Shown here: piece after piece, positions 1 to 13,396 of the stretch
How the letters are laid out: each line of letters begins with the position of its first letter
Position numbering within the stretch: the first letter of the stretch is position 1
Assembly (NCBI GenBank): GCA_033442325.1
Contig: JAWQFM010000001.1
Span: forward strand, 666,410-730,409
Length of the DNA: 64,000 nucleotides
Source of the DNA: Salpingoeca rosetta
Taxonomy: Eukaryota > Protista > Choanoflagellata
Direction: 5' to 3'
Notes under the pieces: generated by a model
What the model saw: only the letters and a program-made list of their open reading frames with translations
Databases searched by the model: none
What the model was told of the DNA's origin: nothing
Position numbers and translations under genes: made by a program

Positions 1-234
1 CAGCACACGGCGTTGGGCATGGTGCAGCAGCCATACCTGTGTGGGTTTCAAGAGGGGGAGGGGTGGTACGCGCACACCAGTGGAAGTGAGAATCGGTATG
101 CTACACAGCGTGTGAACGAACATCAAAGCAAGTACCTCGACAGTCAATGCAGACATGCGCAAGCATAGTGATGAAGCATGTGGCGTGTGTGTGTGAGTGT
201 GAAAGTGTATGTGTGTGTATGTGAAAGTGGGTGA

Positions 235-269
<35 letters not shown>

Positions 270-280
270 CGTGCGTGTGT

Positions 281-312
<32 letters not shown>

Positions 313-771
313 ACATACAGTGCATAGCACGCCCATGCGTGTGCATGGTGATGCAGGGCATGCTGCTCACCCGTTGGGACTCCACTTGTAGGGGCAGCAT
401 GTCGAGTTGTCGTTGCAGAACGTCGCGTTGTACATGGACGTTCCTTGAGTGGAGTGAAGGAGCAATACAGTGGAGCGTGACATACAAATGAATGTGCGCA
501 TGGCTGCAGCGAGGTTTGATCCGTGTCACATTGACGTTCAAGGGAACACCCCCACCAACACAAAGACAGACAACAAACACGACTCACCAGTGCAGAATCC
601 GGTCAGCGAGACAGCATCGCGAGATGAAGCCTCCACATCCACCACGCCAGCTGCTTCTGTGGAAGGTAGCAACACCACAGCTTGGGCTGCCAATGCACAC
701 GCGACCACAAGCGCTGCCGCCGCTGCCGCTGCAGCAGAACGCCGATCCCAGCACTTCATCGTCATCCTCAC
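1..771 (-). CDS. Secreted granulin-domain protein (progranulin-like), 5' part; runs off the window start
   Basis: Exons 771-588, 443-371 and 36-<1 join in phase with GT..AG introns. They give a signal-peptide-like [31 protein letters not shown] followed by [38 protein letters not shown].., which has the granulin C-x-C-x-TCC-x-GCC-x-AVCC spacing. Start Met uncertain (771/765/759). Confidence 0.75.
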
Positions 772-869
772 CGTGTTTGGATTGCCGAATTATTGTGAAT
801 GTTTCCAACCATTTCTCCACAACCACCACCATCTCCAAACCCCCATCCCATCGAACGACAACAGCGGAG

Positions 870-1319
870 ATGGCGCATCAGGTTGACTTCTTGGTCGCTG
901 GCATCGACTTCAACACGGTGCGTCCTGCCCACAGCCTTGCCTTGTTGCCTGCACGCGATTTGTTGGTGTTCTTTGCCCACACCTTTGCATCAGTTGCAGT
1001 TACCTGGCAACTGCTGTTCCCTCGACTCACGCTTGCCTCTTCTCTGCTCTTGAAACACACACCCGCACATGCACACCCACCCACACACGCACACACATCC
1101 ACATGCGAAACTTCTTGCACTCATACTGTTGCATTAGTTGGATGCACTGGAGCATCGACGCACGCTGGCATACATCAACGACTTTGTCACATCGACCACA
1201 AGCTTTCTCAACCATTTTTCCTCAGTCTGCGAAGAGGTGTGTGTGCGTGTGTGTGTGTGTCTGTCTGTCTGTCTTTGTCTGTGAGTATGAGTGTGAGTGT
1301 GCGTATCCGTCTGTCTGTT

Positions 1320-1350
<31 letters not shown>

Positions 1351-1857
1351 TTGCCTCTGGCTGGGGTCGCGCTGCGACATACTGCATGCGTTGCGCCCAT
1401 TGGCATTGACCCACCATGTGCATGTGCCCCTTCGTGTGCGTGTCTCCGGAACAGAAACTGTCGGATGTCTCCTTTCGCCTCCAGCGCTTGCAAATCACAA
1501 CGTCCATTCTCGAGGACAAGGTACTTTTTTTGAACTGGCTTGCTTGTGTTTGTTCGAGCAACAAGCTACATTTCACATGTTTTCTCGTTGACAAGCACAC
1601 ACAACCACAGACAGTCTTGCCCACTCACTCACTCACACATTCACTCACGCACTCACCCATACGCGCATGCACACACTCACTCACTCACTCGCTCACACAC
1701 TTACTCACTCACTCACACACACTTGCTTGCTCGTTCAGCTGGCCTCGATCAAGGGCCTGGAGAGTGTGACGGGAGAGACATACGTGTCCACAACAGAGAC
1801 GCCAGCTCACCAACAGACACAAACACAACAGTCGCAACCACAACAACAACAACAATC

Positions 1858-1907
<50 letters not shown>

Positions 1908-2679
1908 CACAGCAACCAGCACAACCAGCACAAGCGCAAGCGCCATCAGCCCCAGCAGAGCAGCAGCCGGGCACAGCGACTGGTGAGGGTGAAGCGCCTG
2001 CTGCACCAGCGGGCGCGGCCACGGTGGCCCGCAAAAACCATCCCATCCTCAAGCGTTACTTCCAGATGCTCAACTACGGTGTGCATCCACAGGCCGTCAA
2101 GGGCAAGCTGGAGCGCGAAACGGGCATGAGCGGCGACCTCCTCGAGTGAGTCCACACTTGTATTTTTCTGTTGCGTCGTGTTGTGTTGAGTTGCGTCGCA
2201 CCGTGTCATGTGTTCGGAGGCCGGGGGGCTGCGCTTTGTTGCAGTGAGTTGTGTTGCTTGCATACGTACAAGCGCCTTCGCACATTGCGCCGTGTTTTGT
2301 GGCTCTAAAGGCCTGGTCTCCCCGCCATTGCTCACACCACCACCATTCACACCATCACACCATCACATCCTCCCCCCCCCACAACCACCACCACCACCAC
2401 CATACTCACACCACGCCACCTCTGCTGCCCAGCGACCCTGATGCGCCAATGGAGGAGGGCACCGGTGGCGCAACAGCGGGCGTGCCGCCGCCGCCACCAA
2501 CAGCCGCGCAGCAGAGCAGTGACGACGACTTCTCGTCATCATCGGGCGAGGACAGCAGTGATGATGACGATGATGACGACGATGATGACGACGACGACGA
2601 TGATGATGATGATGATGATGGTGGTGCGAGCGATGCCACGAGTGGTGGCTCCGGGTCAGATGCAGAATTCTCCGATTAA
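870..2679 (+). CDS. WASHC3: WASH complex subunit 3 (CCDC53)
   Basis: Exons 870-917, 1138-1236, 1455-1520, 1739-2145 and 2433-2679. Motifs RTLAYINDFVTSTTSFLNHFSSVCEEKLSDVSFRLQRLQITTSILEDKLASIKGLE and HPILKRYFQMLNYGVHPQAVKGKL..LLDDPDAP, then an acidic tail, match CCDC53. Confidence 0.9.
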
Positions 2680-2896
2680 GACACGCCCACGCTCACACTC
2701 AGTGGCTCATCGTCATTGTTTTCTTCACTTGCTTTGAATATCTTTGTTTGCTGTGCACAATGCCGATATGTTACTCTGCAACGCACACACGAACACGAAC
2801 ACACACACTCGCACACGCACGCACACTCGCACACACTTGCACACACTTGCACACGCGCACACACTCGCACACACTCGCACACACTCGCACACACAC

Positions 2897-2899
<3 letters not shown>

Positions 2900-2966
<67 letters not shown>
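2900..2966. repeat. (CT)n microsatellite preceded by CA/CGCA repeats, between convergent genes
   Basis: Pure tctctc run seen directly. Confidence 0.95.
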
Positions 2967-2970
<4 letters not shown>

Positions 2971-3450
2971 GGACATACATTTGTGTTGTCAAATACAATC
3001 GCCATGCTTGCTGTCAGGCACGCGCGCACGTGTGCTCGTGCTTGTTGCGTCCCAGTGGTGTTCTTCGTCTTTGACCTGATGTCTTTGCTGTGTCATCTGT
3101 CTCCCACGAATCTGGCTCGGCTCCATCTGCCGCGTAGTTGTACCCGTGTGACAGCAACACCCGCCCAATCAATGAATGAATGAATGCGCGTACGCGTGTC
3201 CAGACAAATGTCGTCATTGGTGTATTCAGTGCCGTGTTTCTGCGTGCGCACACGAGCAAGCACGCACACCCACACATGCATGCATGCAGCACGGGAAAGA
3301 GAGAGCAGTAACTAGTCGCAATTTGAGAGGGACGGACGAAGGGAGGAACAAATACACGACAACAGACACAAACAGGCAAAGGGGGGGGAGGGGGTTGATA
3401 TACAGCAAACAGGCGCATGAACACATGGGAGAGCAGCAGGGCAGGTGTGG

Positions 3451-3555
<105 letters not shown>

Positions 3556-3565
3556 AAAGGCAGCG

Positions 3566-5472
3566 TCAGGACATTGATCCAACACGTGATCTGTGTTCGA
3601 GACGGGCACGACAGCGCTCCAAGACACGCTGGCGCGTGGCGTGCACGGCCACATCAAGCTCGCGCGCCCACAGCTGCTGCGTTTCGGAAAACCCGGCCAT
3701 TGTCGCCTCAACAAGCAGATCGACAGGCGTCGGCTCCCGCGCATTCGGCTGTCAGATGAAAAGAGACGCGGTGGTGGGTATTTGGGTTGGGGGGGGGTGG
3801 TGGTGGTGGTGGTGGTGGTGTTTGTGGTGGTGGTGTTTGTGGTGGTTGTGGTGGTTGGTTGGTTGGTTGTGGATCGTGGATCGTGAATTGTAAACGAGAC
3901 ACGAGTACGCAGGCACAGATACAGTTACAACCAGCAACTAACACACACCCATACACACACGCACATATACACACCTGGTCTAGTGGGGTAGATAATGGGG
4001 AAGGTTGTGCTGGTGACATGGTGTTTGCTGGCCCCACGGGCGAGAACGAGGCTGGCATGGACACGGTGCGTCGCACGCCCGCCATATCCGGTGAGTCAAC
4101 CACCGACGGCGGCGGCCGCTTCGGGGTGGGCTCGCCGCTCCCGTCCTCATGCAGCTCCTGTGCAGTCCAGCCGCCGTGCCCGCGAGACGCAGCACGACGA
4201 TAACAAGCAAGCAAGCAAAGTCACGGCATGCACAGCTGACACGTGAGCAGCTGCAAGCGATACAGAACAAACACAAACACAAACACATACACACACACAC
4301 ACAAGTGCATGGTGGGCAAGTTCATGGAGGGCAAAGCGACTGAGGGGGAGGAGGCCATCGTCACACAGAAAGGCTGAACGTACCGCCGGTTTGTGCCATT
4401 GTGACGTGCGCGTTTCTGTGTTGAAGTAGTAAGTCCTGCCCGTTCTCGAGTCTGTGTGAACCGTCCATTTCTACTCAGACATGCAGTGCAAAACCAAGGT
4501 GGACACGAGCGTTGCAACAAACGTAAGTAAGTGTAAGCAGTGAGTAGCCAGTGCTCCACGTCAGCAGCATGTAAAGGTGTGTTTGAAACTACAACGTCCA
4601 TGCAGCATTGGCACCAGCACCAGCAACGCGCTGAGAACATTGGATTAGGCAGCAAGAAGAGTTGCACGCGTGCTGAAAACAAGCACCCAGAGGGATACGC
4701 ACATTCGCTCCATCGCTGGTGCTGTTGCGCCTTTTTGCGTCCTGCCATCGCCTTGGCCCCGCAGGTGAGTGAACCGCTGCCGGCGATGACAATACGGACC
4801 CTGGATGGGGCATTCGCATGTGACTTTCACTCCTTCATACACAACCAACACATGCAAGCAAAGGCGGAGCAGTGGTGCGCGAAGAACACGTGAGCCACAC
4901 TATCGCATGTCACAGACGTGCGCGCAACCCAGTGGTGGCAGGCATCAAAGGCACCAAAAGCAAGGTGTTGTTGGACTGCCAAGCAACATGGTCATCCTCA
5001 TCCTCATCCTCATCATCATCATCATCATCATCGTCCTCATCATTCTCATCCTCATCGTCCTCATCATCATCATTGCTATCGACATGCTGTGACCAACACA
5101 TTGGGTGGGAAGGTCTCTGAACTGGCTTGAACATGAGAGCACAGGGGCTTCGACTCACCATCGCCTTTGGGCGCGTGGCGAGTCATACTGTTGGTGGTGG
5201 TGTTGCTGGTGGTGGTGCTGTGGCGAGTCGTGGTGCGGATACGGCGGGCGCCTGTGGGAGAACGGGCTGTGTGGCGGTCGGTGTTCATGGTGGTGCTGGT
5301 GGTGTGGTGGTGGATGGGACTGTCTGCTGTGGGAAAACGATGGTGGTCGATATGGCGAGTGGTGGTGCTGGTGGTGTGGCGCAGGAGGCCCACTGCCCCA
5401 GCTGCTGCTGCTGCTGCCACTGCCACCACCTTCCCTGCTGTGGTTGTGGTGGTGGGGCGGTCGATATGCCAT
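3566..5472 (-). CDS. His/Pro-rich WW-domain protein with C-terminal helical segment (WAC-like adaptor?)
   Basis: Phase-consistent exons 5472-5159, 4832-4703, 4470-4384, 4157-3975 and 3748-3566. Exon 3 is KWTVHTDSRTGRTYYFNTETRTSQWHKPA, a canonical WW domain. The last exon ends LWARELDVAVHATRQRVLERCRARLEHRSRVGSMS*. Confidence 0.75.
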
Positions 5473-5901
5473 CGTGCGCCTGCGAAAATTGTGCGAAAAT
5501 GCCAACAACAAATCTTCAAACTTGTGGTGTTGGTGTTGGTGTTGGTGTTGGTGTTGGTGTTGGTGTTGGTGTTGTGGTGGTGTTGGCCCTCCTGTCACAT
5601 TTTCACATCACATCATCATTGTGTTTGTTGCATGGTGCACGTTGTTGGACGTCTTGCTTCATCGTTCTTGTGTTCAAGGAAGGATACGACGACAAGCAGT
5701 CATCCACTTGTGAAGCAGAGAACTTGCATCAACAAAGAAACGAAACAGAAACAAAGTGGAAACAGAACAGTGGTGCAAAACGAGGAAGACAGGAACAATC
5801 CACACACGCTGTCATTCATGACACACAAACACACGCACACGAACATCCATCCATCCATCCATGCGTGCAGTTGAGCCCAGTGGCGTCGGTCAGCAGGCAA
5901 G

Positions 5902-6128
5902 TTACTGGCTGCCGTCCTGGGGGCGGGAGAGGTAGGCAATGTCGTCCCACGGGTGGCGGTAGAGCCCTTGCTTGAGGCGGCGCTGGTCAAGGTAGTGCCC
6001 AATGAAGCCCGTGGTGCGACCAAGCACAAACAGCGCATTCAGGCCACCCATCTGGATGTAGTCGTTGGCCTCCTCCATGGTGAACGCACCCTGGTGACGC
6101 ACAAGGACGGAGACGATCAAGGCGAACC

Positions 6129-6208
<80 letters not shown>

Positions 6209-6814
6209 CAAGGAGGGTGATGTCGTCGTGTGTGAGCGAGTTGAGGACCGCATGCGAGCGCAGCCACTGACAAGAGGTTGGCGGAACAACCAAAGTAGAA
6301 ACACCACTGGCACGCTGCACAGGAATAGCACGTCAGGCAGCAAAGCGAAAGGCACGCAACCACAACTCCCTCCCGATATCGGCCTGGCTGCCATCACTTA
6401 CGCATTCGCGAAGAAGATCGACAAAGGCAACAGCGATGACGCCGTCCACGTTCAGAATCAGGTTGGTCTTCTTGGCAGTCGTGATCTTCTCAACCTGGCC
6501 ATTTTCGGTGCAGAGTGCGCCGGAGAAAGCAGAGATACGGGGGTCGGGGGCAACGCACGAATGTGAGCGGACAACCGCAACTAGGGACACACAAGAAGAG
6601 GAACTTGCACTTGGTGTGTGCTTGGTTGGTGCTGCGTGCGTGTGGTCTGCACATGCGCGTTGTGTATTGGTTGGTGTGCGTTACCTCGAGAGCGTAATCG
6701 AGAAGGGGCGTCTTGGGGAAGTGCTCCTGCACAAACTCCTTCATGATCACAACCCGCATGTCAGGGTTCGTCAGGCTCTTCACCTTGTGGCCTGTCGCGC
6801 GTTGTGTGTGTGTG

Positions 6815-6846
<32 letters not shown>

Positions 6847-8038
6847 AGTGTGTGTGTGTGTGTGTGAATGTGAATGTGTGAATGTGTGAATGTGTGTGAG
6901 TGTATGAATGCGTGTGTGTGTGAATGTGTGCGTGTGAATATGTGTGTGTGATGGGACGCATATGAGAGAAGACGTGTGTGAACGCAAGGACCAAGACGAG
7001 TCTCCCCCCGCCCCTCTCCTCCTCGGCATCGTGCGTACCAATGCCCATGATGAGGCGGTGCTGGCGGCGCATCGAGTCGACGAAATCGCGCGGGCTGAGG
7101 CCGGCGTCGTACGCCTCCGAGAACATGCGGGCAGCCCCATCAAGCGCACCGCCAAACCGGTCGCCCTGGCGTCGTGGACAGTGAATGGCGAGCAGAGGGT
7201 GAGCAGTGGCGGTGGGAGAGGAAGGTGGGGATTTACGCGGGAGGGGGGAGCAACCGCACAGATGAAAAGAGTATGTGGAAGTTGGAATTGGTGAATGGAG
7301 GTTCAAGTGTACATGCACATGTGTGTGTGTATGTCTGATCTGGCTTACGATGGTGAGGAGACCAGAGCAGAGGGACGACACAAGATCCTTGCCGGCGCGA
7401 GCTGCATTCACACACACACACACACACACGTCCACAGAGTGAGCGATGATAGGGTACCGGCAACGCACAAATGCAGGCTGAAGCCAGCAAACCAAGAGCG
7501 CCACAAGCAAGGGAAGGAGTGGAGCACGTATGCAATGTAGTGCGCACACCTGCAACGATGGTGTTGTGAGCGCCAGACACGGCAGGACCGTGGTCGGCCG
7601 TCACCATCAGCGCCATCTCGATGAACTTGCACGCATAGTCAGGCAGCCTGTGTACGTTGGGAGTGAGTGTTTACCATGGTGAGCTGTGTCATTCTTAGCC
7701 ATCACACACACACACACACACCGATCTCAAATGCACAAATACACACGCCCCATCACGCAATCACACCATGACACGACCGTGCACCATTCCCTCCCCCCCC
7801 CCCGCGTATCTTTCTTCAAGTGCCATGGGGCGGACCTGCGCTGGAACCAGAGGAGAGAGATGACGCCGCCAATGCCAATGTTCTCCTTGAAGACGGCGGT
7901 GATGGGCATGCCCGCATACAGCAGCTCCTCTCCGCGCTCGTCGCTGATGGACGACACAAAGTTGGCCGACTTGCGGATCAGGCCAAGCTCCTGCGGCGTG
8001 GCAGGGAGGGGGGATACGAGGCATAACACGTGGATTGG

Positions 8039-8078
<40 letters not shown>

Positions 8079-10529
8079 GGGATGAAGGTTGGGGAGAGAA
8101 GACATACAGAAGCAGACAGCAAAACAGGTGTTCACAAAGCCAACAAGCACAACACAGGAGCAAGCAAACAAAAATACGAGCCAAGCAAGCAAAGCGCAAC
8201 ACGTGTACACACACACACAAGCAAACAATCCACACATGCTACGTACCGCGGCCCACTTGTAGTCGATGGGGACCTTTGGCGGGGCGGGCTCAGGCTTGAC
8301 GAGGATGACGCCCGAAGCAACAAGCTCCGAGTACGTCTTGTGGATCAGCTCACCAAGCGTGTCAAAGCTGGTAACGGCAAGTGGCAAGTGGCAAGCACGC
8401 ACACCATGCATGAGAACCAAGGCGCGTTCTGGAAAGATGCGACTGGACAAGATCAACATTCACATAAACACACACGCACATGAACACACACGCACACATG
8501 AACACACTGGATGCCACAAGGACACCACCACGACAGCACCAACATCACTTCTTGGCACCTCTCTGGGACGAGTGCGCCGGCCTCCCTGAGGGCCTTGTTC
8601 TTGGCAAGCGCCGTCTCGCGGTCGCTGTGGGCACTCGCACCAGCGTGGCCAAACTGCACCTGTAGAGGCAAGATAAGGGCCAGGCAGGCAGCAGTGAGGA
8701 GGGATAGATGCGGAGATGAGGGCGAATGCGTGAATGTACATACGTCAACGCATGACAAGCAGACGTACACCCATGGGAACAACAGCAACAACAACAACTT
8801 AAACAACAACAACAACTTAAACAACTTAAACAACAACAACAACTTAAACAACTTAAACAACAACAACTTTAAACAACAACAACAGTGACAGGGAGGGAAA
8901 AATAACAAGGGGCGGGCATAAGGAACAGCATGCTATCGCATGCGCAGAACACAACGGCTTGCAAAGCAAGCGGGGCTGCACTGGCAACTGTTGCGGGTGT
9001 AACGTACGTCTGAGGAGAACATCTTGGCGCAGGTGCCGATGCACCAGGCAATGAGCGGCTTGTTGATGCGGCTCGACTTGAGCGCCTCGCAGCTGCACCA
9101 CAAATGGCGTGAAGTCGTGTCGTCGTGTGAGCCAACGCGTCAGTCAATGTAGTGCGCAACAACACAACAGTTGCAACCGCTCATACACCTGCACATGAGT
9201 ACGCACGCACACACATACGAACACACAAAGAAGGGGGGGGGGCTGCCCACTCGAACACATCCCATCACGTCGCATCAGACACGTTCGTACATGGCGTATT
9301 CCTCGATGCCGCCAACTTCGCCAAGGAGCACAAGCACCTTCGCATCCGGATCATCCTGCACACATGCACACAAGCACACACAAGCGAAAAACAAAAAAAA
9401 AAAAAAAAACGCAGCATGTGACAAACGTGAGGCTGTGCGATTGGAGGACCAGTGGACACTGATGGTGTGGTCCCAATGGAGATGAGGCACAGACGGTGCC
9501 CACAACAGCGCAGCAGTCAATGCCACGAGCGAGGTTGGGTGAAGGCAATTGCGACAATGACAACGACAGATGACGACGACGACGACAACAACAACAACTT
9601 AAACAACAACAACAATAACAATAACAACAACAACAACGGCAGCAGCACCTGGTAGCGGAGGAGGTGGTCCATGAAGGTTGAGCCGGGATAGCGGTCGCCG
9701 CCAATGGCAACGCCCTCGTACACGCCGTTGGAGTTGCGGGAGATGATGTTGTTGAGCTCGTTGGACATGCCGCCAGAACGCGACACATACGCGACGCTGC
9801 CCGGGCGGTACAGCTTGGCGGAGATGATGTTGTCAATCATGCCGCCCGTGTTGCCAATCTTGAAGCACCCGGGCTTGATCCCGCCAACCTGCACATGGTG
9901 ACGGCAGTGGTGGTGGTGGTGGCGGTGGGTTATGCGAGGCGAAGAAGCCAGCGTATGTGCGTGCGTTGCATCTGCGCGGGATTCACGAAACAAGAAGCGC
10001 ATCGCAAACAAACGGAATGACACATGCACCCTCCAGCACATGCCCACTCCAGCACATGCCCACTCCAGCACATGCACACTTGCCCACACCCATGCATCAT
10101 CCCTCCACTCCATCCCCACTCCTGTCCCCCCTCTCCCTTGCGAACGTACGGTGGCAGGCCCGATGATGGTGACGCCGCGTGCGTTCGCCTCCTTGATGAG
10201 AAGGCGGGTCAGGTGCTCGGGAATGCCCTCGGCAATGATCGCAATCACCTTGATCTGCGGGAACTGGAGCGCAGCCAGCGTGCTGTCGTATGCAGACCGC
10301 AGCGACGCAAAGTTGATAAGCACGTCCACATCTGGGTTCTTCGCCATCGCCTCCTCCATTTTCTGACAGCAGCCAATGTGTTGGGGGAGCGGAGAGAGAA
10401 GACAAGTGAACAACAGTCACCGTCACGGAGGAAAAGCAATGTGAGCATGTTGTATCAGTCTTGATGTAATTCAATGCAAGTGCGCATGTGCAATACTTGA
10501 ACATGTGCGCGGGAACATGACAGCTATTC

Positions 10530-10572
<43 letters not shown>

Positions 10573-11822
10573 CTGGTAGACGGGGATGAGGACTTCCTTC
10601 GTGCCCCAGTAGAACTTCTGGGAGTGGTTGCCGCTGAAGGGGTAGATCATGCCCGCAACAGAGCCCTTTTCGCGCTTGCAGCAGTAGTCAAAGTCAAGCA
10701 TGCCTGCAACCATCATGTGGGGTTACAACAAATCCGAGGGCAGAAGGCGTGCGGCATTTGAGCGAGTGAGTGAGTGTGTGATTGTGTGATTGTGTGTGTG
10801 TGTGTTTGTGTGTGCAATACGTGTGTGTGCAATACGTGTGTGTGTGTGTGTGTTTGCAAATCTCAATTCAATGTTGCAGGGGATGTGGGGAAACCCAACA
10901 ACTCAGACGCAACCATTGCAGAGCGAGCATACCCTGGCAGGCGCGAGGCTGCATGCCGAAGAAGAGGGCGCGGGTCTTGTTGGTGAAGAGCGGCTTGTAG
11001 TCGCTGCCCTTGGTCGGCTCCGCCTGCACAGACTCTGCACACACAGCAGCGACGCCAAGCGCAACAGAGAATGAGAAGGCCGCACACAACAACACAGACG
11101 ACAGCATCAACACGCACATACACACATGCGTACATACACATATACACACGTACACATGTGCACACACCCACAAGTGCACACACCCACGTGCACACAAGTG
11201 CACACAGGGGGCGAGGCAGAGAGCAGGTGCGCTCACTTGGTGGGGCGTGGACGGCCGGCTGCTGCGCCGGCGTGGTGCTGTCCGAGGTTGTCGCCATCAA
11301 GTTGGTCATGAAGCTCTCCTCGAGGGTGGTTGGGTCTGGCTTCTTGAGGCCCAGGGCCATGGCGACGATGGAGGTCATGTGCAGCTCCGGGCCGTACACA
11401 TGGATGTCCAGGCCAAGCCGCTCGCCGGCGTCGCGCATGCACTTGAGACCCTCCTGCAAGGTGGTAGTGGGGAGGTGGCAGGTGGGCAAGTGGTGGTGGT
11501 GGTGGTGATAGTGAGGAGGTCCTGGTGAGGTTGTATCAGGTGCCAGAACTGGAACACCAACACGCGGGCACACAAGCAGAGACGCGCACCTGGAAGTTTG
11601 GACCACCGCGGCGCACGAAGATCTTGACCTTCTGCTCGTGCAAGATGCCGTGGTACTCATCCAGCGCACGGATGATGCCCTTGAACGTGGACGCCACGTT
11701 GGTAAAGTTGGCAATGCCACCGCCAATAATCAGCACCTTGCCGTCAGGGTGCGCCTCCCTGGTCATGAGAGACAGGATGGTCTTGGCGTACTCAAACGTC
11801 TGCGACTCGCTACACACCGGCA

Positions 11823-11920
<98 letters not shown>

Positions 11921-11925
11921 TGTGC

Positions 11926-11964
<39 letters not shown>

Positions 11965-12327
11965 CGTGTGTGTGTGCGTGTGAGGAGCGACAGGAAGGCG
12001 GAGGAAGGCGGAGGAACAAGAGGAACAACAGAAACAAGTGGAAGAGGAAGAGGAAGAAACAAATCGCACACACACACACCCTCTCTTATTCACGTACCTT
12101 GGTGCGCCGGAGTACTCGCCGTAGTTGGCCAGCTCGCTCGCGCCGCCAAGGTCGCAGATGGTGTCGCTGGTGGGGTGGGGGTGACAACACAAGCAGTTGC
12201 AGGGGAGTGTGAAGGTGGGCGTGAGGGAAGAATGCATGAGTACATCAGCCCACATCAGCCCACATTGTCACCCATGACCTTGTCGCTCAACTCTTCACCA
12301 AGCACAAAGCAGTAAAGGCGCGCCCAT

Positions 12328-12398
<71 letters not shown>

Positions 12399-13329
12399 CT
12401 TAAACAACAACAACAACAACTTAAACAACAACAACAACAACTTAAACAACAACAACAACTTAAACAACAACAACAACAACAACCAGCAGCAGCAGCAGCA
12501 GCAGCAGTGAATGTGTATATGTGTGTGCATGTGCGACCTGTAGACGACCGAGGCGCCGCCACCGGCGACCATGGTCCAGATGCGGCCGCGCGGGTTGAGG
12601 ATGGTCAGCTTCAGTGACGCGCCACTCTTCGCGTCAAGCTCGGCAATGTACGCCTCCTGCACACCAAGACGACGCCAATGGCAGCACGTCGTAAGGCCCA
12701 GCGTGGTAGAAGCACAGATGAAACAAAAATGCAAACAAACACGTACAAGAGCGCGTGGACACACACACTCACACACACACTCTCTCTCTAATGTACACGT
12801 TATCATTCATGTCCACAGTCACGCATCCGCGGACAGTCACACGAATCCACAGGATACGTGTGCGCATGTACATGTGGGCATGAGAGGCACCTCTGGTAGA
12901 GCGTCGCGGCCAAATGGGGGCGGGAAGGTGATGGCGCCCCACTTGTTGTGGCACAGGTACTCCGCCGTCTGGTCGAGCTTGGCAGCAAGGTCCAGGATGT
13001 ACACCTCGTTGTCCTTCACCACTGGCGTGGTGCACAGAAACAGACGGGGGGACAAAGGACAGAGAGATAGGGGCGTTGTCATAAAATATGTGTGCGTGGT
13101 TCAAACGGCGCGTGGCTTCAACAGCAAGCTCATGGCGTGCATACACACACACGCACGCACACGCACACGCACACGCACACACGCACATGCACACGCACAC
13201 ACAAACACGCCAGTCCACCGCAGGTGTTGCTTGTCCAGAGTATACAGTACCAATTGGGTTGATCTCCATGTACGTGAAGTGAAGGTCGATGAAGAGCGCG
13301 TAGAGCTGGCTCAGAAAATCAGCAACCAC

Positions 13330-13396
<67 letters not shown>

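Noticed and set aside
4990-5075. Acidic (GAT/GAG)n tract that looks like a poly-D/E exon
   Set aside because: It lies in intron 1 of the WW gene. The nearest acceptor puts it in a poly-Met/Arg frame, and exons 1 and 2 join cleanly without it.
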